From: a virus
Taxonomy: Duplodnaviria > Heunggongvirae > Uroviricota > Caudoviricetes
DNA: 14,932 nt
IMG/VR virus record: IMGVR_UViG_2654587792_000025
Direction: 5' to 3' (one strand)
Positions 6,945 to 14,548 of this stretch are shown piece after piece. A program made the position numbers and the translations under genes. Under the pieces are notes generated by a model. It had not been told where the DNA came from. It saw only the letters and a list, made by a program, of their open reading frames with translations, and did no database searches. The first letter of the stretch is position 1; the number at the start of each line of letters is the position of its first letter.

Positions 6945-8282
6945 GGTAACGTCTAAGATTCGCTCAATGAAGCGCATTTGTTCGAGGTTTTGTTTAACGC
7001 GAATGCTGATCCCTCCCTGCTGGTTACGCGAACCAGCAAAGTAGAGACGAGCCTCTCCTTTCGCTTCTTCTTCTTCGGTTTTGTTGATCGTTATTACCAG
7101 GTCAGCAATACGTACTTTTTCGATGTTGTCGGCGGCGTGCATCATTGTGGCAACTTCTGACGCGCCACCTTCACGGTTTGTCTGCGATGCCGTGATTCCA
7201 GCAACGTTATGCTTGTCATAAAGAGCACGTAAATCGGTGTAGATACTACGAATGTTGGCGCGATCATCACGAAGGTCATAACTGGCACGCATCAAATCTG
7301 CGTAGTCGACAACAACCATGTCAGGCACCATGCCGTTGGCTTTCATGCTGTTAAGCATACGGTCCAGATCTGCCGGTGACATACTTCCTGACGGACGCTC
7401 AACCACCCACAAACTACCAATCCCCTTCGTGGCTCCCAACTCTGCCAACTTACGATGAACCTCATCGCGCCGTTCCACCAACTTGGACATTTCTGTCTCC
7501 GACAATCTTGCATCAAAACGGTCGGATAAAATGGTGGTGTGAACCTCCAGCGAGAGATACAGAACATTGTAGCCAGCAAGCGTTGCGTTTATGGAAAACT
7601 CACCCATTGCGGTCGATTTACCGGATTTAGCGAACCCCATGAAGAGCACCATTTCGCGCTTTGCCCAGCCTTTTTGGTACAGCAACCTATCGAGAAGAGG
7701 GAGTCCAGTTGTAATACTGTTTGGTACATACTCCTCTGAAGCCTCATATTCACGCGCTTTCAATCGCTCACTTGCGGAGGTGTAGTAGTCATAGATTCCG
7801 GTCGCTTCGTTCGATCCAATCTGCTGAACCTTGGCCATGATTGCCATCGCCCCCTGAAAGTCGCCTTTCTCTTTCAGTTCAGCAGCCTTTATCAGAGCAT
7901 CATCAAACGCTACACTTTTTGCGAAGGTTGATACCTGGTCAACCATGTACGAGGTATCGGACAATTTTTCTGCAAGAATGCGCTTAAACGCAGCAACAAC
8001 ATCGGCGAATAGTTCCTCACGGATAGTCTTATCGCGTTTCGCACGCTTAAGCATATCCAGAATTGCAGATGAAGAGGGCGCGCTCTTGTACATACGGTAA
8101 TAGCCCGAAACCATATTAACCAATATGGCATTGGCCGCATTGGCAAACTGGCTAGGCACAACCAGATCTCCCGCACGAGTAAGAAACTCGTGATCACGAC
8201 AAAAATATGCCGTCAGTCTGTTCTGGAAATCTTCATCAAACTCTTCGGACAGCCCGCGTCCTGTATGGCAAAGTTCGGTCAT
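6942..8282 (-). CDS. DnaB-family replicative helicase
   Basis: 446-aa ORF with Walker A GFAKSGKST preceded by ITTGLPLLD, Walker B-like VVVDYADLM and the SQxNR motif (ITASQTNRE) typical of DnaB C-terminal domains. Confidence 0.85.
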   Translation of the reverse strand: MTELCHTGRGLSEEFDEDFQNRLTAYFCRDHEFLTRAGDLVVPSQFANAANAILVNMVSGYYRMYKSAPSSSAILDMLKRAKRDKTIREELFADVVAAFKRILAEKLSDTSYMVDQVSTFAKSVAFDDALIKAAELKEKGDFQGAMAIMAKVQQIGSNEATGIYDYYTSASERLKAREYEASEEYVPNSITTGLPLLDRLLYQKGWAKREMVLFMGFAKSGKSTAMGEFSINATLAGYNVLYLSLEVHTTILSDRFDARLSETEMSKLVERRDEVHRKLAELGATKGIGSLWVVERPSGSMSPADLDRMLNSMKANGMVPDMVVVDYADLMRASYDLRDDRANIRSIYTDLRALYDKHNVAGITASQTNREGGASEVATMMHAADNIEKVRIADLVITINKTEEEEAKGEARLYFAGSRNQQGGISIRVKQNLEQMRFIERILDVT

Positions 8283-8325
8283 GTGCTTTCCTTTGTTTTT
8301 TAAACAAATTGTTTTCTAGTATTAG

Positions 8326-9066
8326 TTAATTAGATAGGGGATCAATAAACCGCCGTGCTTCTTCCAGTTCTTCTGGAAAGTGGGCGGAAATAAGGCGCTC
8401 TGGAACGATTTCCATTAGCCAGATAGCGGAGAAAATTGCGCGTATGCGCTTGCTGCGAGGGATGGTGCGCAAACGCTCCAGAATCCACTCAAAATAGCTT
8501 TCCTGAATCGGGTTGAACTGCATGTCTCCCATATGCTTAAAGCTAACCAGAGAGTCATCCAGACGGGTTGTTGCGCGTCTGGCTAATTTCTCTTCAAATA
8601 TCTCAATCAGTTCTGGCTGCCATAAATGCTGTGGGCGCGGCAGCTTGTCCCACAGCCGTCGTGCAGCTGCGGAAAGAACGGTGGAGATAAAGTAGTCGTA
8701 TGAGCAGCAATAGCGGTCAGCAAACTGGCGTGCTTTCCATAGAGACGTTTTATTGGCAGTCGACAACTCCTGATAAGGCAGGCGTTTTAACCCGGTGGTG
8801 AACGGAGCTGTTTCAAAGTGTTCGCGACCGTGCGTCAGCATGATATTTGAGTACTGACGTTTGTATGCCTCCGTAAACAGACAGGTGGCCATAAGAGGAT
8901 GCATGTCGCGGTAATCAAACCACTTCGTCTCGAAGAGTTCAGCCTCATCTTTACAGCGCGACAAACCAATGTTTTCAGCGACCCACTTGTCCATAACAGC
9001 GGTATTCCACTCTGTCATGAAGTCGTACTGGTCGTTGTCGATGGTATCGAAAAAGATTTGGCTCAT
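8326..9066 (-). CDS. Hypothetical protein immediately upstream of the helicase (possible helicase-loading or accessory replication protein)
   Basis: The ORF track starts at a GTG (9075), but an ATG at 9066 has a good Shine-Dalgarno (aggtga, 5-nt spacer), so 9066 is preferred. No motif recognised; the loader idea is positional only. Confidence 0.5.
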   Translation of the reverse strand: MSQIFFDTIDNDQYDFMTEWNTAVMDKWVAENIGLSRCKDEAELFETKWFDYRDMHPLMATCLFTEAYKRQYSNIMLTHGREHFETAPFTTGLKRLPYQELSTANKTSLWKARQFADRYCCSYDYFISTVLSAAARRLWDKLPRPQHLWQPELIEIFEEKLARRATTRLDDSLVSFKHMGDMQFNPIQESYFEWILERLRTIPRSKRIRAIFSAIWLMEIVPERLISAHFPEELEEARRFIDPLSN

Positions 9067-9086
9067 GTGGCTCACCTGGTAGGTAG

Positions 9087-9099
9087 TTACTTACTTATC
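9087..9099 (-). promoter_or_regulatory. Recurrent motif GATAAGTAAGTAA (coding-strand orientation) just upstream of the 249-aa gene start
   Basis: Plus strand reads ttacttacttatc, the exact reverse complement of 2122-2134. Confidence 0.4.
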
Positions 9100-9200
9100 A
9101 CAATGAGCGGATGATAGCGACTGGTGGCAGTTTTTGGAAGTGAAAACGGAAGGGAGTTGTTCTGGTGATGTCTTTTAAAAGACCTGCTTCCGTATATATT

Positions 9201-9217
9201 TAATAAGTTACTTATTA
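9201..9217. promoter_or_regulatory. Perfect palindrome taataagt-t-acttatta in the AT-rich divergent intergenic region
   Basis: Read from the sequence; the central spacer is too short for an RNA hairpin, so a dimeric protein-binding site is more likely. Confidence 0.4.
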
Positions 9218-9316
9218 TTTATATACAGAAACAGGCTCCTAATGGATACCAAGAACAACATAATTTGACTCCAACCCCAGATGCTATGTCATTGACAGAT
9301 TTATCAAGGGAGATCA

Positions 9317-9325
9317 TGTTAGAAT
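9317..9325 (+). promoter_or_regulatory. Candidate extended -10 promoter element (TGtTAGAAT) for the 357-aa gene
   Basis: TGn plus TAGAAT matches the extended -10 pattern. The nearest TTGACA (9292-9297) is 22 nt away, too far to serve as a -35. Confidence 0.3.
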
Positions 9326-9340
9326 CAGTGTTTTAGCCTC

Positions 9341-10414
9341 GTGGATATTGTCACCATGCGCATGAATAGACTTCCAGGATATGGCCTTCCCGAACTGGCT
9401 TTTTGGCCTCAGCCTAAATATGAACGGAATAAATGGTCGATGTTCTGTCTGAAACTCCGTAATGATGGAACCCTTGCTTGGTATCGGCGATATGTTGATC
9501 GTGGTATGCCAAACCACGCTTTTGATGACGACTACGATAACTATCCTGAAGCAAGAAAAGCGGCATTAGAGCTGAATAAAAACGTGAGCTTTGACATTGA
9601 AAAACTTCCTCTATCTATGTTTCAAAAGAAGTCATTGCGTTTGAAAGTTGACAAAGCACTCAAAGCCAAATCACGTCTCATGGATGAAGAGCATATAATG
9701 CTCAACGAAGCAATTAAGGCACACGCCAACGATCCGCGAGTGACATTAAATGAGTTAATAATTAACCCAGATTACGAAACTTTGCGTCAACCCCTTTTTG
9801 ACGTGCTAAGCGAGATGCCTTACTTACATTTTGTTTTTCTTCCCAAATTCCAAGTTTCACTTCAACTCGTTGCTCCTAACACTTGGGAATGTTCATATAA
9901 CAACAAAGCTAAGACAGCGAAGATCTGCTACCAAGAACGCATAGCCAGAGGTTTTGGTTTATCAGGTGCTGCACATTGGGGAAAAACAAAAGCGACTATT
10001 CGCTCAATGCTTCTGCCGCGTGCTAACCGGTTACTGCAACTCGCCAGCGTAAAAAGAATGCTGGATGAAGCTCTCAGGAATGGGCAAAAGGTACTGGTTG
10101 TTGGCAACTTTGTTTTCTGGTTTGAGGACAAAAATCAGGTAGGTTGGAGTGTTAAAGTTGCTAGCGAAAGCGAAACCACCTCAAGAGGCAATACGCTCTG
10201 GAAAGAAGGAACTATCATTTCAAAAAATCACGGTCGAATTGTCGTGCTGCCGTATACAAAAGAAAACGGTAAACATGTAAAAGGTTATACCAAGAATGCC
10301 CCTAACGACGGCAACGCAATTCCGAGACATAAGGATGAGTATGTCGAGTTGCCCTTTGAAATTTTGGATGGTGACTTGATGTTCAGTCTGTTCGGTGAGC
10401 TTAACTACGAATAG
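9341..10414 (+). CDS. Hypothetical protein (divergent from the replication operon); true start may be the ATG at 9356
   Basis: 357-aa ORF, the only long plus-strand gene in the interior. No confident motif. Confidence 0.6.
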   Translation: MDIVTMRMNRLPGYGLPELAFWPQPKYERNKWSMFCLKLRNDGTLAWYRRYVDRGMPNHAFDDDYDNYPEARKAALELNKNVSFDIEKLPLSMFQKKSLRLKVDKALKAKSRLMDEEHIMLNEAIKAHANDPRVTLNELIINPDYETLRQPLFDVLSEMPYLHFVFLPKFQVSLQLVAPNTWECSYNNKAKTAKICYQERIARGFGLSGAAHWGKTKATIRSMLLPRANRLLQLASVKRMLDEALRNGQKVLVVGNFVFWFEDKNQVGWSVKVASESETTSRGNTLWKEGTIISKNHGRIVVLPYTKENGKHVKGYTKNAPNDGNAIPRHKDEYVELPFEILDGDLMFSLFGELNYE

Positions 10415-10437
10415 CTTTCATAGAACGAAATATTTCT

Positions 10438-10463
10438 AAGGCTGTCCAATGCAGACCAGCCTT
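10438..10463. terminator. Hairpin (aaggctg ... cagcctt) between the convergent 357-aa and parB-like genes
   Basis: 7-bp outer stem with an imperfect inner stem; U-tracts are weak on both strands. Confidence 0.3.
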
Positions 10464-10474
10464 AGAGATTTATA

Positions 10475-10834
10475 TCAACCTTTCTTCATTAACTCGCGTT
10501 TAATTTCATCGGTTCGCATCGTGACATCGGCAGCGGTGATCGCCTCATTCAATTTCACGATGTCCTCGATTTCCTGCGGTGACTTCTCTGCCAGATGGAA
10601 AATGGCTGCTCGAATCACGTCAGAACGAGTGAACTTCTCGAAGCGAGGGATGAACTTCATCATCTCCAGCAGTTCGAAGTATTCGTCCTCCAGTGACATT
10701 GTGCGGCTTTTAATTTTCTCTTTGCCACGAGTCGGGCGTCCCTGTGGTCTGACTGGTTGGCGCAAAGGAGTTGTGTTCTTAGCCGGTGCATCAGGCTCTT
10801 TGCGCTTTGCTAGGTCACCCATTTTCATGGACAT
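10475..10834 (-). CDS. Small partition protein (ParG/ParB-like centromere-binding protein candidate)
   Basis: 119-aa ORF directly downstream of parA with a 1-nt overlap. The N-terminus is basic and Pro-rich. The call rests on position and size; no fold was verified. Confidence 0.5.
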   Translation of the reverse strand: MSMKMGDLAKRKEPDAPAKNTTPLRQPVRPQGRPTRGKEKIKSRTMSLEDEYFELLEMMKFIPRFEKFTRSDVIRAAIFHLAEKSPQEIEDIVKLNEAITAADVTMRTDEIKRELMKKG

Positions 10835-11502
10835 TATTCTTCTTCCTCCAGACTCAACAGATAATCTACAAATTCTTCAAACTCGGCTTCCGCCTTTTTG
10901 TCGCGCTCGCTACCGGTCATTTCAAAGATAGAACGACCAGACTCTTCCGCATCATCATAGACGTTGCGGTTATATAGATTGACTGGCGCAGACTCGATGC
11001 CAAACGTCTCAACAATCTCTTTAGCCGCCAGAATGCGAGACACTTGTGATGGCAAAGCCGGGCACTGGTTCATGACCGCGCGGACCTTCACTTTATCGTT
11101 TACATTACGAACATTGTCGATAATAGGATCAATGTCACGCAGAGATTTCAAATCACGACGCTTAGGACGAAGCGGGATAATGATAACGTCGGCCATCAGC
11201 ATCGCTTGTCGCTGAATTTCGGAGTCAAAGCCACCAGCATCTACCACTACAAACTCAGCTCTACCCTGAAGCGATTTTAGGTGCTTAATGATGTCATCCT
11301 GAACGTATGCAAAAGGAATCAGCTCAAGGTCTTCGTTCTGTCGACGGTCTTCACACCAGCTTGTTGTCGTGCGCTGAATATCTATATCAGTGATATAAAC
11401 CTTCTTCTTCTTTTTGACTTTCAGGCAAACGGCAATTTGCTGGGCAACGGTGGATTTGCCAGGCCCGCCCTTTGTGCCGCCAACCACAAAGATCTTGGTC
11501 AT
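10834..11502 (-). CDS. parA: ParA-family partition ATPase (small, type Ib-like)
   Basis: Deviant Walker A box KGGPGKST near the N-terminus (VVGGTKGGPGKSTVAQ); 222 aa. Confidence 0.8.
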   Translation of the reverse strand: MTKIFVVGGTKGGPGKSTVAQQIAVCLKVKKKKKVYITDIDIQRTTTSWCEDRRQNEDLELIPFAYVQDDIIKHLKSLQGRAEFVVVDAGGFDSEIQRQAMLMADVIIIPLRPKRRDLKSLRDIDPIIDNVRNVNDKVKVRAVMNQCPALPSQVSRILAAKEIVETFGIESAPVNLYNRNVYDDAEESGRSIFEMTGSERDKKAEAEFEEFVDYLLSLEEEE

Positions 11503-11627
11503 TGGAGAGTTCCCTTTGCGTATATAATTATCGTCTGAAACAACTTGTTTTCTTATATGTGATATAGCCTAAATGCCTACGGCTGCGGTGTAAAGGTTTA
11601 ATGATAGGTACATAGGTGGGCTTAATA

Positions 11628-11650
11628 ACAAAAAACCCGCCGTAGCGGGT
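11628..11650 (-). terminator. Rho-independent terminator (acccgc-cgta-gcgggt followed by UUUUUG on the minus strand)
   Basis: It directly abuts the stop codon of the 257-aa gene and separates that operon from parA. Confidence 0.6.
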
Positions 11651-12424
11651 TTATTGATTCATAGATCGTTTACTCAGAATGTTCACTATATGAGTACAAG
11701 CACCTGGGGTGAGATTGATTTTATTAGTCCCCCACTCTTCACGTCTTCGCATCTGGCCTCCGTCAGACTTACCGATATCCCACGGAATAAAACCACTTAC
11801 GCCACAGGCATCCTCACCCAATTCCTCTATAAAATTTTCGTTCTTCGTATCGTAAATTTCGACCAGTCCATGTTTGCGCATACTCACAGCCCAAAGAGTT
11901 GCGCCTTTTATCGTCTGTAACGTATCGCAAACCAAGTACTGATACTTATCTACGAGATAAAGGTAAGCAAAACTTGCGATGCCTAATCCCATATAATCAG
12001 CATGAGTAAAAACCCCTCTAATCTGCTTGGCGCTGACTTTTACTCCAGATTTATCCTTGATTGGAAACTCGCAGTAGGCCACGCGGAAGACTGTTTGGAC
12101 TGGCTGCCCCACATGCAACTTGTAGGATTCAATTTCTGCTCCTATCTCAAGAGGTGTGTAACCAGCACGTTTGAGTCGCTTAACTTCCTGCTCTTGGTAA
12201 TCAGGATCACATGACTCAAGACACTCGCCAACAATACAGCGTTCATAGGCCGAATCAACAAGCTCGTATTCGGTAAATCGAATTAGATCGAAACCTCGGG
12301 AGATAAAATAGAACTCACCGAGAGCGATAATTCTCGTCGCTCTCGGCATTTCAGACAAGACCTTGCTGTAGTCTTCTATTTCAGGGATTAATCTGTTCGC
12401 CTGACCAATTAGAGATGGTGCCAT
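11651..12424 (-). CDS. Hypothetical protein, second gene of a two-gene operon
   Basis: 257-aa ORF overlapping the upstream 139-aa ORF by 16 nt. No motif recognised. Confidence 0.55.
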   Translation of the reverse strand: MAPSLIGQANRLIPEIEDYSKVLSEMPRATRIIALGEFYFISRGFDLIRFTEYELVDSAYERCIVGECLESCDPDYQEQEVKRLKRAGYTPLEIGAEIESYKLHVGQPVQTVFRVAYCEFPIKDKSGVKVSAKQIRGVFTHADYMGLGIASFAYLYLVDKYQYLVCDTLQTIKGATLWAVSMRKHGLVEIYDTKNENFIEELGEDACGVSGFIPWDIGKSDGGQMRRREEWGTNKINLTPGACTHIVNILSKRSMNQ

Positions 12425-12828
12425 GAAGTATTCTGTGCCGTTGATGGTTCCATATCATCGATTTTACAGAATTTCTTCATAAAAGACTCTACAACTTGTT
12501 TGATTCGTGAAGAAATATCACGATCTAAACACTTCAAGTCAGGATATTGTTCAGCAACATCTAAAACAAAAGAGGTTCGTTTACCGTTAGCGACAACCTC
12601 GGCCAACGGTTTAACCAGTGACGTAGAATTAGAGACCTTTTCGGCACGCGCCACATCGCTCTTAAAAGTGACGATGAAGTGCTGGCGGTTAGCTGATTCA
12701 CGGCACAACATACGTCGCACTTCTACTGCGTCTTCACTGTTGTGAAAACGCATAGGAAATCTGTCGATAACCGCAGTATTGGTGCGGATCGTCTGCATAG
12801 AACGCGTATTGTCATGATAATTTAGCAT
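12409..12828 (-). CDS. Hypothetical protein, first gene of a two-gene operon
   Basis: 139-aa ORF. No motif recognised. Confidence 0.5.
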   Translation of the reverse strand: MLNYHDNTRSMQTIRTNTAVIDRFPMRFHNSEDAVEVRRMLCRESANRQHFIVTFKSDVARAEKVSNSTSLVKPLAEVVANGKRTSFVLDVAEQYPDLKCLDRDISSRIKQVVESFMKKFCKIDDMEPSTAQNTSWHHL

Positions 12829-13037
12829 ATATCCACCTTAGCCGTTAACACAAGTGTCATTGCGGCACCCCTCTCGGGGTTGAAGGCTACGAGAATGCGT
12901 AGCCTGTATGTGCCCACTTACGTGGATGCCTAATAAATCTACATCAAATTACTAAATGATTCAACATGAGCTTGAGTGAACAGGCGTGTATATGAGTGAA
13001 GATGCCATCTTTAGGATAAAAGGTAAACTGAGATCAA

Positions 13038-13283
13038 TCATCGACTCAGCTCAGGTGCCCCCCACTCACACAGCCTTTCACCTATCGTATTGTGGATAAG
13101 CAACTGTCGCTCCGTTTCCTCAGTCATAAAATCCTCTCTACTCACATAGATAGGATTTGCAGCATCGCAGAATAGCACGCCTGGAGCCTGCGTCTTAATC
13201 ACGCACCCATTTATCAAACAGCTCGCGATGAACACCAGAGGCATCTTTTTGCCGCACTTCATTAACCGTTTCATTTTTGACAT
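13038..13283 (-). CDS. Rz1-like outer-membrane spanin lipoprotein (o-spanin)
   Basis: +1-frame ORF overlapping the 3' part of the Rz-like gene. Internal Met followed by a basic n-region, a hydrophobic h-region and lipobox IAS-C. The exact start (13283, 13274 or 13262) is uncertain. Confidence 0.5.
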   Translation of the reverse strand: MSKMKRLMKCGKKMPLVFIASCLINGCVIKTQAPGVLFCDAANPIYVSREDFMTEETERQLLIHNTIGERLCEWGAPELSR

Positions 13284-13446
13284 CCACTGTGCTTTGAAGT
13301 CGTTTTCTGTCTTCCTGTTTTGCCTTCTCTTCCATTGCTCGTCGCGCCGCATTTCCGCCCATCGTGTAAGCGCCGACCAGAACGAAAAGAACGGCAGCCA
13401 GCGTAATCAAAGCAACTTTTAGCTTTGTCATCAGGCTGCCTAGCAT
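13195..13446 (-). CDS. Rz-like inner-membrane spanin (i-spanin)
   Basis: 83-aa ORF with an N-terminal transmembrane helix (LKVALITLAAVLFVLVGAY) followed by a charged, helix-prone periplasmic region. It lies directly after the hydrolase candidate and contains the overlapping Rz1-like frame. Confidence 0.6.
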   Translation of the reverse strand: MLGSLMTKLKVALITLAAVLFVLVGAYTMGGNAARRAMEEKAKQEDRKRLQSTVDVKNETVNEVRQKDASGVHRELFDKWVRD

Positions 13447-13447
13447 A

Positions 13448-14167
13448 TTAGACCATCCCTTTCTGGTGTCTTCTTACCTGCGACCAGGCGATAAATCCAG
13501 CCACAACAATAGTGGCAATACCGAAGATGATGCGTACTGTATCCCCGCTAGAGATATGACCTTGTGCTTTATCCATAGCAGCGGAAACCTGCGGCATAAC
13601 ATCGGCCAGCTGCGCCAGACCAATACCTGCTGTAACAGTTGCGCCTGCTGTTTCTTTAGTTACAGGAACAGCCTTCACGGTTTTCACCGGCTTAACGACG
13701 CCAGCTCGACGCAGACCTTCCTCAATAACTTCTGCCGCATACCAGGTGTTCAGCGTTTTTAGCGGACCTCGCCCATTCTCATGGCGAATGATTGCCTCAA
13801 CCAAAGGTCGAAGAATGTCGTAATCATGCAGATCGATAATCATGTCTGCGGTTACACCAACGGCTTTAGACACCTCATTAATGTAGGCGTCAGTGTTGTT
13901 TTCATTCGGCGGTGCCCAACGTTCAATAACTTCACGAATGGTATCGATACTTGAGCCGTCTTTTGCGCGACGCTTGTCGTGGTAGGTAATTAGAGTCACC
14001 GCCAGTGCACGAATCCCCCAAACAGGGTCTTTAAACGTGCAAAAGCGCGGTTCGTCTGGATTCGCAACCAGACCTTGCCACGGTGATCCTTTATCAAGAT
14101 TACCGGGGTTATTATTACGAATGCCTCTCGGAGTCTTCATCCTTGATCTCCTGTTATTGCAGTCCAT
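13448..14167 (-). CDS. Peptidoglycan hydrolase (endolysin) candidate with a C-terminal hydrophobic segment
   Basis: 239-aa ORF placed between the holin-like gene and the spanin pair. The N-terminal motif GIRNNNPGNL is one I associate with phage lytic enzymes but cannot confirm without a search. The C-terminal helix is IIFGIATIVVAGFIAW. Confidence 0.4.
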   Translation of the reverse strand: MDCNNRRSRMKTPRGIRNNNPGNLDKGSPWQGLVANPDEPRFCTFKDPVWGIRALAVTLITYHDKRRAKDGSSIDTIREVIERWAPPNENNTDAYINEVSKAVGVTADMIIDLHDYDILRPLVEAIIRHENGRGPLKTLNTWYAAEVIEEGLRRAGVVKPVKTVKAVPVTKETAGATVTAGIGLAQLADVMPQVSAAMDKAQGHISSGDTVRIIFGIATIVVAGFIAWSQVRRHQKGMV

Positions 14168-14489
14168 TTTTTACGCCATACGCGGCTAACCCCAAAAGCA
14201 GTGCGGTAATAATGAACGACGTTATTTTAGAAACAATGCCGCCAAAGAACCCACTTGAGATGGAATCTAACCGGTTAAGGAGTTTGTCCAGGTTGGAGTG
14301 TTGAATACTATGTTGCGCCGGGGTCATATCACCAAAGTAGGTTTTCAGCTGATCGTTGACCTCCTGGCCAATTTCTTCACGTAGCTCTTTACCTAATTTG
14401 CCAACAACCTCCCGAGCAACGATCGCGGCAATACGCTCAACTTGCTCTGTTGTAACGCCCGCCATCTCGTTCGACATGTTTTCCTCCAT
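14154..14489 (-). CDS. Lysis-associated membrane protein (holin or holin-like regulator candidate)
   Basis: 111-aa ORF with a hydrophilic N-terminal ~75 aa and a single C-terminal transmembrane helix (ITSFIITALLLGLAAYGV). It overlaps the start of the hydrolase candidate by 14 nt. Confidence 0.35.
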   Translation of the reverse strand: MEENMSNEMAGVTTEQVERIAAIVAREVVGKLGKELREEIGQEVNDQLKTYFGDMTPAQHSIQHSNLDKLLNRLDSISSGFFGGIVSKITSFIITALLLGLAAYGVKNGLQ

Positions 14490-14548
14490 GAAAAGTCAAA
14501 TCGGGATGGCGGATTTATATCACATTTCACCCTTTTGTTATAGGTGTG

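Noticed and set aside
7343-8197. Several 60-95-aa ORFs on both strands inside the helicase gene
   Set aside because: They fall within a well-supported DnaB-like coding region with Walker and SQxNR motifs; no independent support.
9292-9325. Sigma-70 promoter using TTGACA (9292-9297) as -35 with TAGAAT as -10
   Set aside because: The spacer is 22 nt, outside the 16-19 nt functional range. Only the extended -10 (TGtTAGAAT) is kept as a candidate.
11503-11627. Partition centromere (iterated repeats) upstream of parA
   Set aside because: Only a short ATAGGT-N2-ATAGGT duplication and AT-rich sequence are present, with no convincing array of iterons. The centromere is left unassigned.
14523-14528. 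Minimal start-stop ORF (ATGTGA) downstream of the motif near the holin-like gene
   Set aside because: A six-base pattern is expected by chance many times in 15 kb and there is no supporting ribosome-binding site.
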